NCBI GenBank assembly: GCA_963662335.2
Contig: CAXXVD010000005.1
Span: forward strand, 32,001-96,000
Direction of reading: 5' to 3'
Length of the DNA stretch: 64,000 bases
DNA from: Chloroflexota bacterium
GTDB taxonomy: Bacteria > Chloroflexota > UBA11872 > VXOZ01
Shown here: one piece after another, positions 28,991 through 39,320 of the stretch
How the letters are laid out: every line of letters starts with the position of its first letter
Numbering within the stretch: the stretch's first letter is position 1
The notes under the pieces: generated by a model
The model's input: the letters and a program-made list of their open reading frames with translations, nothing else
What the model was told of the DNA's origin: nothing
Database searches by the model: none
Made by a program: the position numbers and the translations under genes

Positions 28991-29935
28991 TTACATGCCA
29001 AGCTCAGCCGTGATCTCCCGCACGTACGCCACGTCCTCTTGGAGTTGCGCGACAAGCTCGGCGTACGAGAGTTCCCGCCAACTCCACGCGCCCTGGTATT
29101 CCGTATGAAAACTGGCAAAGCTGTCGTAGCCGATTTGCTTGAGGTACTGGAACGCCTCGCGGTACGGTGTGATGCCTTCCTTTAAGGGTACGAACTTGCT
29201 CTCCCAGGAAACGACGCCGGCGGATGGCTCAGCGCGCGTGCCGTCCAGGCCCGGCCGCACGTGCGAGCGGCGGCCCGCGTCGTCCTGGCCGGTATAGGGA
29301 AAGAGCCCCACGTTCTTGAGCGAGAGCATGATGAGGCGTTCTGAAACCAGGTCCAGGCTCTGCACCCAACCGCCGTACGCGCCTTCCAGCCCCATGTGGC
29401 CGAGATCGGCGTAGATGCCCAGCGCGTTCGGCTCGAAATCGGCCACCACGCGCTCCGCCTGCATCGCCTCCGCGGACAAGCAGTACCCGGCGTGAACGTG
29501 CACGCCCGCTTGTATCCCGTACTCCAGGCACAGCCGCTCGATGCTCTCCAGGTCGCGCCGCATCTCGTCCAGTTGCCGCCGTAGGTGGCCGAAGCCGTCG
29601 TAGTGATGGTAGCCGAGCTTGAACTGCCGGATGCCGCATTCACTGGCAACCGCAATGACCTCGCGGGCGTGCGGGGATGCGGCGCTGGTAATGTCCGTCG
29701 CAATCCAACCGATTTCAAGTCCATGCGCGCGGCATACCGCAACCGCGCGGGGGAGGTCCGCGCGCACCCGGTCCGGCGTCACGTGGCCGGCCGTGCCCGC
29801 CGCCGCTTCCGGCAAGGCGTGACCGGCGCCGCGCACGGCAAGCTCGAAACCGTCAAGGCCCAATCCGGCTATCGTCGCAGCCATTTCCTCCAAGGAAAGG
29901 TGTTCGAAACGCTTCGAAAAGACCAAGAACCTCAT
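28991..29935 (-). CDS. Sugar phosphate isomerase/epimerase (xylose isomerase-like TIM barrel)
   Basis: GLDGFELAVR, HVH, DLGH, LKN, VPLKEG, SFHTEY. Confidence 0.88.
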   Translation of the reverse strand: MRFLVFSKRFEHLSLEEMAATIAGLGLDGFELAVRGAGHALPEAAAGTAGHVTPDRVRADLPRAVAVCRAHGLEIGWIATDITSAASPHAREVIAVASECGIRQFKLGYHHYDGFGHLRRQLDEMRRDLESIERLCLEYGIQAGVHVHAGYCLSAEAMQAERVVADFEPNALGIYADLGHMGLEGAYGGWVQSLDLVSERLIMLSLKNVGLFPYTGQDDAGRRSHVRPGLDGTRAEPSAGVVSWESKFVPLKEGITPYREAFQYLKQIGYDSFASFHTEYQGAWSWRELSYAELVAQLQEDVAYVREITAELGM

Positions 29936-30216
29936 TCGCCTGACCTCACTGATTCGCTTGCGTCGAGAGGCGCGTAACGAGCGCCGGCCTGTTTCCGTCT
30001 CCCCGGTCCGGGCTCGCGCGCCGGCTCGCCACCCATTTCAAGAAGATAGTGAAACTATACGCTACTCGCCTATCTCTCTACAAAGGCTTCCGGCGAGTGG
30101 ACGAAGGGCCGGACTGCCGCCGTTCCCGAGCGCGCTTACCAGCCGCCCGCCCCATTGCCGCGCGCCGTGGGGCGGAGTACCATTGGGATGAGCGGTAGCA
30201 TGGGAAAGGAGCACGC

Positions 30217-31836
30217 ATGGCCCTCTCGACAAATCGCACGCGCGCCTTAGTTCTGAGTTTGCTCTCCGTCGTGGGGCTTGTCCTCGTGCTGGGATTTGCC
30301 GGCGCGCTCGTAAACCGCATACGCGGCGTACCGGAATACGCGCCACCCGTGCTGGAGATGAGTGAAGAGGGCGAACCGACGGTGAGTGTGCTGCCGGGGC
30401 GCGCCGAACTGGGCGCGACGGTCTTCATCACCGGCGCCCACTGGCCGGAGGGGGCGCTTATACGGCTCCAGTTGACCTATCCGGACGGTGAGTCGGCGGT
30501 TACCGTCGGTCACGTGTGGGCGAACGCCTACGGCACGTTTCGCGTGCCGTTCGTCCTACCCGTAGACCTGCCGCTCTTGGGAGAGAACGACCTGATCGTG
30601 GAAGCGCGCGGCGAGACGCCGCGCGGCAATGAGCACCTCCACCAACGCCCGTTGCAGGTGACGCGCGCGGGCTGGCCGCTGGTGGTGAAAGCCAGCGCGG
30701 GTGACAACAATGAGCCGGTGGCCGGCGCGCACGTCTCGCTCTACGACAACATCGGCCAGTTGCTGGCGGAAGCGTTTACGCGCGAAGACGGCACGGCCAC
30801 CATCCCGGACGTGCCCCTTGGCGCGTACATCATCGGCGTGCGCAAGCTAGACTACGCGCTTGCCCGCGCAGAGGTAGCGGTGTCGCGGCGAGAGACCGAA
30901 GTGCCGGTTTCGTTGCGCCCGCGGAGCGGGGGGCGGTTGTTCGTCGGTGGCGTCGACAATTCACTTACCCTGATCGACACAGCCAGCAATCTGCCGGTTA
31001 CGCGCTTGGAGGACGTCTCGCCCACGTTCAATCTTGTCCGCAGCCTGGACGGACGCTACCTCTACAGCGGCTGGTACGGCAGTTCGATTGTCCGCTTCGA
31101 CGCCGCCACCGGCAAAGTGGACCAGACGTTCGACATCAAGAGCGACTACACCCAGCCGACACTCCTCTTCCTGCGTCCTTTCGATGAGAAGACGATCTTC
31201 GGGCTCATTCGGTTTCAGGGGGACAATGACGAGCGTGTCTATCGCATTGTGGCGATAGACATGGAGGAACTGCGCGTGACGAAGGCCGTGACCGACATTC
31301 CCTCGTACGGACAACTCATCCTCTCTTCCGACGGCGGCCGCCTCATCCACGTCGGCCATCAGAGCAAGACGATCACCGTGCTGAGCACAAATCCCCTCGC
31401 CGTCGTGCGTTCAATTGAAGTCCGGGAGAATCCGGGGCGCAGCGTCATGGCCCAGGATGGGGCGCGTCTCTTTACGACTCTCATAGAGTCCGGCACGCTC
31501 GCCATCGTTAACATTCGCGACGGCACGGTGGAGCAAGGCGCAACCACCAGCGCCGGCTCGATTGCCGTGGCGTTGCATCCAACCGCCGCGCGGCTCTACG
31601 TGCTCAACCAGGTGCTCGGTTACTGCCAGGTGCTGGATCCAGAGACCTTGACCGTGCAAGACACCATACCGGTTGGGCAGCAGCCGCGCGCCATGGCGCT
31701 CTCGAGCGATGGCCGCCACCTCTACATTGCGGAGAGAAGCAGGCCGGTGCTCCACGTGATCGATACGGCAACGAATCTACAAGTCGATACCATCACCCTT
31801 TCAAGTCGCGCGCGTGCGCTGGAAGTGCCGAATTAG
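30217..31836 (+). CDS. Membrane-anchored surface protein: Ig-like domain, carboxypeptidase-regulatory-like domain, YVTN/YncE beta-propeller
   Basis: N-terminal TM helix; PVAGAHVSL..T..DG....DVPLGAY..V.K.DY; propeller repeats such as IPVGQQPRAMALSSDGRHLYIA and VIDTAT. Confidence 0.75.
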   Translation: MALSTNRTRALVLSLLSVVGLVLVLGFAGALVNRIRGVPEYAPPVLEMSEEGEPTVSVLPGRAELGATVFITGAHWPEGALIRLQLTYPDGESAVTVGHVWANAYGTFRVPFVLPVDLPLLGENDLIVEARGETPRGNEHLHQRPLQVTRAGWPLVVKASAGDNNEPVAGAHVSLYDNIGQLLAEAFTREDGTATIPDVPLGAYIIGVRKLDYALARAEVAVSRRETEVPVSLRPRSGGRLFVGGVDNSLTLIDTASNLPVTRLEDVSPTFNLVRSLDGRYLYSGWYGSSIVRFDAATGKVDQTFDIKSDYTQPTLLFLRPFDEKTIFGLIRFQGDNDERVYRIVAIDMEELRVTKAVTDIPSYGQLILSSDGGRLIHVGHQSKTITVLSTNPLAVVRSIEVRENPGRSVMAQDGARLFTTLIESGTLAIVNIRDGTVEQGATTSAGSIAVALHPTAARLYVLNQVLGYCQVLDPETLTVQDTIPVGQQPRAMALSSDGRHLYIAERSRPVLHVIDTATNLQVDTITLSSRARALEVPN

Positions 31837-32040
31837 ACAGAGCCGGGTTCAGGCGTCCGCTGGGAGTCCCAGGCCCTGCCGGGCGCGCCGCCTGTCGCTG
31901 CCCGGACTTTCCTGAGAGAAACTCCTCTCAAACCCTTGCGCGTTCACGGCCGTCGTGCTATAGTAGAGGCGTACGACCTCACCGTCCTCATTTTTCTGTC
32001 TCACTCTCGCTTGCACTCTTCTCACTTTGGCGAAAGACGT

Positions 32041-33630
32041 ATGCAGTCTATTCGCGTCTCGGTTTCTTTGATTCTCGTAGCTTTCGTGGTCACCGCGGTC
32101 GGATTCCCCGCTAGCCTCGCGCAGGCGCGGGGGCCGCTGGCGGGTAGGGTCATCGTCATCGATCCCGGCCACGGCGGTGAAGACCCCGGCGCCGTGGTCA
32201 ACGGCTTCCGGGAAAAAGACGTCAATCTTGCGGTGGCCCTCAAGCTCAAGTCACTCTTGGAAACGGCAAGCGCCGCCACCGTCTACACGCGGCTCGACGA
32301 CTCCACCTTGGGGAACAGCGCGCAAAGCCGCCGCTCAGATCTGGACGCGCGTGTGGCAATCGCGAATCATTCGCGGGCGGACATTTTCATCTCCATTCAC
32401 GCCGACTCCGTGATCGACGCTTCCCGGACAGGCGCGGTGGTCTACTACGGACCCGCCAATGGCTACGTCTATCCCGACACCCGCCCGCCGGAACTCGTGG
32501 CCCAGAGTCGGAATCTCGCCGCCAGCATCCGTGACGGTCTTATGAATGTCGCCCAAGCCGATGATCGCGGCGTTCACTCTGCGCCGTACTACCTTCTGGG
32601 TAAGATTGGCATGCCGGCCGTAATTGCGGAAATAGGCACGTTGACGAATTTCACCGAAGCGCACAGACTCAGCGATCCCTTCTACCAACAGCAAGTCGCG
32701 CACTCCCTCTACAGCGGTATTCTGGCTTACTTCATAAATCCCGACGGCCGTTTCGTCGAGGACCTGACCATACCGGACGGGGCCGCAATTCTGGCGGGAA
32801 GCAACTTCATCAAGACGTGGAAGATCATGAACACGGGTGGGATGACGTGGAACGGCGAGTATCGCCTGGTCTTCAAAGGCCGCAACCGCTTTGGCGGGCC
32901 CGAGAGCGTGCCCTTGCCGCACCTGCGGCCCGGCGAGACCGGCGCAGTGAGCCTCGAACTTCGAGCGCCGCATGTGTGCGGCGAGTGCACGGGAGTCTGG
33001 ACCCTGCAGGGTCCGGGCGGACTGCGCCTTGGCGATGACCTCTGGGTGAGTATTCGCGTGCGCAAGCCACTGCCTACCGACCCGGTAGCGCCGAGCAACA
33101 ATCCCAACGCGCTCTACTTTGCGCAAACCGGACACAACGTCCTCGGCGTCTTTCGCGCCTTCTTCGAAGCGCACGGCGGCATTGACATCTTTGGCTATCC
33201 GCGCACGGAGCAATTCAGGGAAGACGGCATGACGGTTCAGTACTTCCAGCGTGCGCGCTTCGAATACCACCCGGAGTACGCGGGCACGCCGTACGAGGTG
33301 CAACTGACGCTGCTGGGCATTGAGATGCGCAACGGTGAGCCGCCGGCGCAGACCGTAGCGCCGCTGCCCACTACGGATACGCAGCAATTTTTCCCGGAGA
33401 CCGGGCACTCCGTGCACTTCGCGTTCCTGAAGTACTTCCGCGAGCACGGCGGCATCTACATCTTTGGCTATCCCATCACCCAAGAGGTGAGTGAGAATGG
33501 CAAGAACGTCCAGTACTTCCAACGCGCCCGTTTCGAGTATCACCCCCAACACGCCGGCACGCCCTATGAGGTAAAACTGGGCCTCCTGGGCGACTGGATC
33601 CTGCGTCAGAAGGCACTGCTCTTCAACTGA
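32041..33630 (+). CDS. N-acetylmuramoyl-L-alanine amidase with NBR1-like Ig domain and two C-terminal cell-surface repeats
   Basis: Signal peptide; IDPGHGG, EKDVN, FISIHAD, IAEIG (Zn and catalytic residues present); FIKTWKIMNTG..TW; two (YF)xxTGH...GG..FGYP.T...QYFQRARFEYHP repeats. Confidence 0.92.
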   Translation: MQSIRVSVSLILVAFVVTAVGFPASLAQARGPLAGRVIVIDPGHGGEDPGAVVNGFREKDVNLAVALKLKSLLETASAATVYTRLDDSTLGNSAQSRRSDLDARVAIANHSRADIFISIHADSVIDASRTGAVVYYGPANGYVYPDTRPPELVAQSRNLAASIRDGLMNVAQADDRGVHSAPYYLLGKIGMPAVIAEIGTLTNFTEAHRLSDPFYQQQVAHSLYSGILAYFINPDGRFVEDLTIPDGAAILAGSNFIKTWKIMNTGGMTWNGEYRLVFKGRNRFGGPESVPLPHLRPGETGAVSLELRAPHVCGECTGVWTLQGPGGLRLGDDLWVSIRVRKPLPTDPVAPSNNPNALYFAQTGHNVLGVFRAFFEAHGGIDIFGYPRTEQFREDGMTVQYFQRARFEYHPEYAGTPYEVQLTLLGIEMRNGEPPAQTVAPLPTTDTQQFFPETGHSVHFAFLKYFREHGGIYIFGYPITQEVSENGKNVQYFQRARFEYHPQHAGTPYEVKLGLLGDWILRQKALLFN

Positions 33631-33714
33631 GGTCTATCGATGCACCTGTTCTCCTAATCCCTGAATTCGCGTACGCGCACTACGCGCGTACACCTTCCCT
33701 CCTCCATTTTCCTG

Positions 33715-33750
33715 ATGACAAGCCGCTCGTACGCCCGGGCGGCTTGTCAT
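33715..33750 (+). terminator. Hairpin downstream of the amidase gene
   Basis: ATGACAAGCCGC...GCGGCTTGTCAT, 12-bp perfect stem. Confidence 0.5.
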
Positions 33751-33827
33751 ATTAAACGCCGCGCCCCCAGCGTGCGGTTTACCTGTGTAGCGAAGCGCCG
33801 CGAACTCTACCCCACGGCGCAAGAACC

Positions 33828-33901
33828 TGTCCATTCTGAGGAGCGCAGCGACGAAGAATCTCGTGCGCCCACCATAGATTCCTCGCTGCGCTCGGAATGA
33901 C
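33828..33901. repeat. TGTCATT-family inverted doublet
   Basis: TGTCCATTCTGAGGAGCGCAGCGACGAAGAATCT facing AGATTCCTCGCTGCGCTCGGAATGAC. Confidence 0.88.
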
Positions 33902-33962
33902 CGGCGCCGCGGCCTTGCGAAACTGTGATCTAGCGGTCCGCCCACAGCGGGCAGCGCGCTAT

Positions 33963-33991
33963 TTGCGCTATCTTCCACGCCTGTGTATAAT
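33963..33991 (+). promoter_or_regulatory. Sigma70-type promoter of the lon-dnaK operon
   Basis: TTGCGC, 17 nt spacer, TATAAT with an extended TG. Confidence 0.75.
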
Positions 33992-34017
33992 GGGGCTATC
34001 TCAGCTACTATAGTAAA

Positions 34018-34038
34018 GTTGACACGCTGACACTCAAC
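34018..34038. promoter_or_regulatory. HAIR-like HspR operator
   Basis: GTTGACA-CGCTGAC-ACTCAAC against consensus CTTGAGT-N7-ACTCAAG; lies between the promoter and lon, and hspR is in the operon. Confidence 0.7.
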
Positions 34039-34094
34039 CTATATGCTGGAGGTGGTAGATCCCATGCATAGCAAATCTACGAGGACACGCTCGT

Positions 34095-36599
34095 ATGGCT
34101 AAGCAGCCTGAACGAAGCCGGGAAGCGGAAGAGACGCCGGCGGGGCAAGAACTACTGCGCCTGCCGGTGGTCGTCCTTACGGACTCTGTCGTCTTTCCAT
34201 ACATGACGGTGCCGCTGCGTCTTGAGGACGAGGCCGCGTACCGGGCGGTTGTGGCCGCGCGTGAGCAGGAGACCAAGGTCTTGCTGCTTACGCCGGACAA
34301 GGAGTTCAAACTGCACATCCCCAAGCGCGAGCACGCCGGGGCCGTTGGCACCATCGCCGGCGTCGGCCAGGTCATTCGCCTGCCGGACGGTAAGCATCAG
34401 GCGCTCTTCCAAGGCCAGAAGCGCGGCCGCCTGCTCAAGATTTGGAAGCAGAAGCACCTGGTCGCCGAGGTGGAACCTGTAGAAGAAGTGGCGGAGACCA
34501 CCCTGGAAACCGAGGCGCTCGTGCGGAGCGTCATCAATCAGATCGAAGCCTACGTTGAGAAAGAGCCCCAGGTGCCGCGCGACGCCGTCGCGGTAGCGCG
34601 GGGGATGGATGATCCGGGCCGGCTTGCCGACCTCTTCGGCTACGCGCCGGAACTCACGCTGAACGAGCGCCGCAGGCTCTTGAGCATTCTCGATCCGGTG
34701 GAGCGCCTGCGGCGCGTCTACCGCATCATGGCCCGCCAATTGCAGATCTCCGAGGTCAAGGCCCGCATTCAGGGTGAAATCCAGCAAGGCATGGAAAAAG
34801 CCCAGCGCGAGTACTACCTGCGGGAGCAATTGAAGGCAATTCACCGGGAGTTGGGCGAGGCTAACCCGCAACTGGCCGAAATCGAGGAGATCAAGAAGGC
34901 GATCGAAGCCTCGCACATGCCCGACGAGGTCAAGGAGAAGGCGCGCCACGAAGCCGGGCGGCTGGGCAACATGCCGTCGGCCTCACCGGAAGTCGGCATC
35001 GTGCGCACGTATCTCGAGTGGCTGCTCGCCCTGCCCTGGGTCAGCGCTGCGCCACAGGAAACAGACGTAGAAGTAGACATAAAAGTAGTGAAGGCCGTTC
35101 TGGATGCGGACCACTACGGCTTGGACAAGGTGAAAGACCGCATCCTCGAATACCTGGCGGTGCGCAGCCTGGCAAAGCACGCGCGCACACCCATACTCTG
35201 CCTGATCGGCCCGCCAGGCGTCGGCAAGACCTCACTGGGCCGTTCGATCGCGCGCGCCCTGGACCGCAAGTTCGTCCGCATCAGCTTGGGCGGCGTGCGG
35301 GACGAAGGCGAGATACGCGGCCATCGCCGCACCTATATTGGCGCGCTGCCGGGGCGCATCATCCAAGGCATGCGCCAGGCCGGCGTCATCAATCCGGTCT
35401 TCGTGCTGGACGAGATCGATAAGTTGGGGTACGACTTCCGCGGCGATCCTTCCAGCGCCATGCTGGAGGTGCTCGACCCCGAACAGAACTTCAGCTTCTC
35501 CGACCACTATCTCGAAGCGCCCTACGACCTCTCGCAGGTGCTGTTCATCGCGACGGGAAACCTGGCGGAGACGATTCCGCCCGCGCTCCGCGACCGCATG
35601 GAAGTAATCAACATTTCCGGCTATACGGAAGAGGAGAAGCTCCACATTGCGCGCGGGTATCTGGTGCCGCGGCAGTTGAAGCAGCATGGGCTGGGCCGCG
35701 CGCAGTGCACGATTACGGAGGACGGCCTGCGCAAGATTGTCCGCGGCTACACGGCAGAAGCCGGCGTGCGCAATCTGGAACGCCAGATTGCCACGATCGA
35801 CCGCAAGGTGGCGCGCCTGATCGCGGCCGGCGAACAGAAAACGGTGCGCGTCGGCCCGCGCCGGGTGCAAGATCTCTTGGGCCCGGAGAAGCTGAACACC
35901 AAACTCGACAAGCGCGCAGACGAAGTCGGCGTGGTCACCGGTCTGGCGTGGACCGCGGCCGGCGGTGAGATTAGCACCGTAGAAGCCGCGCTCATGAAAG
36001 GCAAAGGCAACCTCATCCTGACCGGCCAGCTTGGCGAAGTAATGAAAGAGTCCGCCGTGACGGCGCTCTCTTTCGCCCGGGCCAAGGCGCGGGCGCTGAA
36101 CATTGCGGCGGACGTCGTCGCGGACAACGATCTCCATGTCCACGTGCCGGCCGGCGCCGTGCCCAAGGAAGGGCCCTCCGCCGGCGTGGCGCTGGCGACT
36201 TCGATTGTCTCCGTTCTCACGCAGCGTCCAGTCAGCAAAGATGTCGCCATGACCGGTGAGGTCACGTTGCGCGGCCGCGTACTGCCGGTGAGCGGTCTCA
36301 AAGAGAAATTGCTCGCGGCCCACCGCGCCGGCGTGCGCTCGGTGGTGCTGCCCAGCAAGAACCGGCACAGCCTGGAAGACGTGCCGCAAGAAGCGCTGGA
36401 GCAATTGCGCATCATCTGGGCCGACACGATGGACGACGTGCTCGACGCCGCGCTCTTGCAAGCCGCCGGCGGGAAGAGCAAGGCGAAACGTCCCAAGGCC
36501 AAGCGGCGGCTGCGGCGAAAGAAGCGCCTGCCCGCGCCGCCGCCGGACAATCAACCAGTCGGTACACCCATCGGACCAACCATAGCTGAGGAGGCATAG
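34095..36599 (+). CDS. lon: ATP-dependent protease La (LonA)
   Basis: QREYYLREQLKAI, GPPGVGKTS, GHRRTYIGALPGRI, PKEGPSAG (catalytic Ser), GLKEK (catalytic Lys). Confidence 0.97.
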   Translation: MAKQPERSREAEETPAGQELLRLPVVVLTDSVVFPYMTVPLRLEDEAAYRAVVAAREQETKVLLLTPDKEFKLHIPKREHAGAVGTIAGVGQVIRLPDGKHQALFQGQKRGRLLKIWKQKHLVAEVEPVEEVAETTLETEALVRSVINQIEAYVEKEPQVPRDAVAVARGMDDPGRLADLFGYAPELTLNERRRLLSILDPVERLRRVYRIMARQLQISEVKARIQGEIQQGMEKAQREYYLREQLKAIHRELGEANPQLAEIEEIKKAIEASHMPDEVKEKARHEAGRLGNMPSASPEVGIVRTYLEWLLALPWVSAAPQETDVEVDIKVVKAVLDADHYGLDKVKDRILEYLAVRSLAKHARTPILCLIGPPGVGKTSLGRSIARALDRKFVRISLGGVRDEGEIRGHRRTYIGALPGRIIQGMRQAGVINPVFVLDEIDKLGYDFRGDPSSAMLEVLDPEQNFSFSDHYLEAPYDLSQVLFIATGNLAETIPPALRDRMEVINISGYTEEEKLHIARGYLVPRQLKQHGLGRAQCTITEDGLRKIVRGYTAEAGVRNLERQIATIDRKVARLIAAGEQKTVRVGPRRVQDLLGPEKLNTKLDKRADEVGVVTGLAWTAAGGEISTVEAALMKGKGNLILTGQLGEVMKESAVTALSFARAKARALNIAADVVADNDLHVHVPAGAVPKEGPSAGVALATSIVSVLTQRPVSKDVAMTGEVTLRGRVLPVSGLKEKLLAAHRAGVRSVVLPSKNRHSLEDVPQEALEQLRIIWADTMDDVLDAALLQAAGGKSKAKRPKAKRRLRRKKRLPAPPPDNQPVGTPIGPTIAEEA

Positions 36600-36602
36600 C
36601 GC

Positions 36603-38570
36603 ATGGGTAAGATAATTGGCATAGACCTTGGTACAACCAACTCCGTGGTCGCAGTGATGGAAGGCGGCGACCCGGTAGTGATTCCCACGGCGGAGGGCGG
36701 CGACCTCTGTCCTTCGGTCGTGGCGTTCACGAAGAGTGAAGAGCGTCTGGTAGGCCAGTTGGCGCGGCGGCAAGCCGTGCTGAACCCGGAGAACACGGTC
36801 TCTTCCATCAAGCGTTTCATGGGCCATCGCCACGATGAAGTCCAAAATGAAGGCAACCGCGTCGCCTATTCGATTGCCAAGGGGCCGAAAGGCGAGGCGC
36901 GGGTGGCCGTGCCCGCGCTGGGCAAGGACTTCACCCCGGAGGAAGTCGCGGCGATGATTCTGCAGAAGCTCAAAGGCGACGCCGAGAAGTACCTGGGTGA
37001 GGAAGTGACGCAGGCGGTGATAACCGTGCCGGCGTACTTCAATGACAGCCAACGCCAAGCCACGAAGAACGCCGGCCAAATCGCCGGCCTCGAGGTGCTG
37101 CGCATCATCAACGAGCCTACCGCCGCGTCGTTGGCGTATGGCCTCGAAAAGAAAGCCACGGAAACCATCTTGGTCTGGGACCTGGGCGGCGGCACGTTCG
37201 ACGTCTCCATTCTCGAGGTGGGCGACGGCGTCTTCGAGGTCAAGTCTACGGCGGGCGATACCCATCTGGGCGGCGACGACTACGACGATAAGATCGTCAG
37301 CCATCTGGCCGAGCAGTTCCAGAATGACGAGGGCATCAACCTGCGCCAGGACCGGCAGGCGCTGCAACGCTTGATCGAAGCGGCGGAAAAGGCCAAGATC
37401 GAGCTCTCCACCATGCTGCAGACGGAGATCAACTTGCCGTACATCACCGCGGACCAGAACGGCCCGAAGCACCTCTCCCACACGTTGACCCGCGCCCGCT
37501 TCGAAGACCTGACCGCGACGCTGACCGACCGCACGCAGCGTCCCTTCCAACAGGCCCTCAATGACGCCGGTCTCAGCCCCAACGACATCGATGAAGTGGT
37601 GCTGGTGGGCGGCGCGACGCGCATGCCGGTGATTCAGGAACTGGTCACGAAACTCATCGGCAAAGATCCGCACCAGGGTGTCAATCCGGATGAGGTCGTC
37701 GCCGTCGGCGCGGCCATTCAGGCCGGCGTGCTGGGCGGCGAGGTGCAGGACGTGGTGCTGCTCGACGTAACCCCGCTCAGCCTGGGCGTGGAGACGCTTG
37801 GCGGCGTCTTCACGAAGATGATCGAGCGCAACACCACCGTGCCGACGCGGAAGAGCGAGATCTTCTCGACGGCGCAAGACGGTCAGAGTGCGGTGGACAT
37901 CATGGTCTTCCAGGGCGAACGTCCCATGGCGAAGGACAACATGCTCTTGGGCCAGTTCCGCCTGGAGGGCATTCCCCCCGCGCCGCGCGGTGTGCCGCAG
38001 GTTGACGTCACGTTCGACATCGACGCCAACGGCATCCTGAACGTGACCGCCAAAGACCTGGGCAGCGGCAAGGAGCAGAACGTTACGATCCATGCCTCCA
38101 CGACGCTCAGCAAGGAGCAGGTGGACCAGATGGTCAAGGAGGCCGAAGAGCACGCCGACGACGACCGGGCGCGGGCGGAGGAAGTGGAACTGCGCAACCG
38201 CGCGGATACCCTCTTGTATCAGACAGAGCGTTCCCTGAATGACCTGGGGGACGACGTGCCGGCGGAAGACCGCGCTGCCGTGGAAGCCGCGCTCGAGAAG
38301 CTGCGGGAGGCCCTGAAGGGCGACGACACCGCCAGCATCGAGGCGGCCGTGGCAGAGGTGCAGCAGGCTTCGATGAAGATTGGCGAGGCCATGTACGCTA
38401 AGGCCGGCGCGGCCCAGGGCGAAGACGGCGATCCGGTCGGCGCGGCCGCCGGACCGCAAAGCAACGCCGCCGCCGGCAGCGACGACACGGTGGTCGATGC
38501 CGAGTTTCGCGCCACTGAAGAGTCGGACGCCGATAGCAAGGAAGATGCGCCGAGCGGCGAGAAGCGCTAG
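36603..38570 (+). CDS. dnaK: Chaperone DnaK (Hsp70)
   Basis: [49 protein letters not shown]. Confidence 0.99.
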   Translation: MGKIIGIDLGTTNSVVAVMEGGDPVVIPTAEGGDLCPSVVAFTKSEERLVGQLARRQAVLNPENTVSSIKRFMGHRHDEVQNEGNRVAYSIAKGPKGEARVAVPALGKDFTPEEVAAMILQKLKGDAEKYLGEEVTQAVITVPAYFNDSQRQATKNAGQIAGLEVLRIINEPTAASLAYGLEKKATETILVWDLGGGTFDVSILEVGDGVFEVKSTAGDTHLGGDDYDDKIVSHLAEQFQNDEGINLRQDRQALQRLIEAAEKAKIELSTMLQTEINLPYITADQNGPKHLSHTLTRARFEDLTATLTDRTQRPFQQALNDAGLSPNDIDEVVLVGGATRMPVIQELVTKLIGKDPHQGVNPDEVVAVGAAIQAGVLGGEVQDVVLLDVTPLSLGVETLGGVFTKMIERNTTVPTRKSEIFSTAQDGQSAVDIMVFQGERPMAKDNMLLGQFRLEGIPPAPRGVPQVDVTFDIDANGILNVTAKDLGSGKEQNVTIHASTTLSKEQVDQMVKEAEEHADDDRARAEEVELRNRADTLLYQTERSLNDLGDDVPAEDRAAVEAALEKLREALKGDDTASIEAAVAEVQQASMKIGEAMYAKAGAAQGEDGDPVGAAAGPQSNAAAGSDDTVVDAEFRATEESDADSKEDAPSGEKR

Positions 38571-38618
38571 GCAAGAGGCGGCTCATCGAGCCGTCTCGCC
38601 ACGGGAGGATTGCGACTA

Positions 38619-39266
38619 GTGGCACGAGTGAAGAAGACCGCCCAAGCGGTTGGCGCGGAGAGCGAGGCCGGCGCCGCGGACGTGGCGCCGGAGCAGGCGA
38701 GTGCGTGTTCGCAAGCGGCGGGCGGCGCTGCCGGCTTGGACGTGGAGCCGTCCGCTTCCGATCCCTCGCTTGAAGAGCAACTTGCCGCCGCCGCGCAGGA
38801 AGCCGAAATGTACAAGGACCGGTTCTTGCGCGCGCGCGCCGACCTGGAGAACTACCGCAAACGGTCGGTGCAGTTCATGGCCGAGGGCGTCCGCGATGCG
38901 CAGAAGCAGGTATTCGAGGCGGTTCTGCCTGTGGTAGACAACCTGGAGAGAGCCGTGGCCTACCAGGAGCAACACCGGACGGATGCCGTTGAAGACCTGC
39001 TCACCGGCGTGCGCATGACGCTCGTGCAACTCCACGACGTGTTGGAGCGGCAAGAGGTCAAGCGCATCGAAGCCCTGGGCGAGCCGTTCGATCCGCGCTA
39101 CCACGAAGCGGTGGAGGTGCAGCCCGTTGCCGGTGACGTGGAAGCGGACACCGTGGTGGGAGAGATACAGCCCGGCTATCTCTTTGGCGACGTGGTGCTT
39201 CGTCCCACGCGCGTGCGCGTGGCGCAAGAGCGCACTTCATGTGAAGACCCAGCGGACACGTCCTGA
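38619..39266 (+). CDS. grpE: Nucleotide exchange factor GrpE
   Basis: LRARADLENYRKR, LPVVDNLERA, FDPRYHEAV, GY...VLRPTRVRV. GTG 38619 chosen from the GGGAGG RBS. Confidence 0.95.
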   Translation: MARVKKTAQAVGAESEAGAADVAPEQASACSQAAGGAAGLDVEPSASDPSLEEQLAAAAQEAEMYKDRFLRARADLENYRKRSVQFMAEGVRDAQKQVFEAVLPVVDNLERAVAYQEQHRTDAVEDLLTGVRMTLVQLHDVLERQEVKRIEALGEPFDPRYHEAVEVQPVAGDVEADTVVGEIQPGYLFGDVVLRPTRVRVAQERTSCEDPADTS

Positions 39267-39320
39267 ACGGCAGTGGGTTTCCTCGCCGGCAGCTATGCCG
39301 CGCGCTGTAGAGAGAATGCG

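Noticed and set aside
35232-38459. 1075-aa minus-strand ORF
   Set aside because: Antisense shadow of lon/dnaK, a well-known artefact opposite dnaK in GC-rich genomes; no credible motifs of its own.
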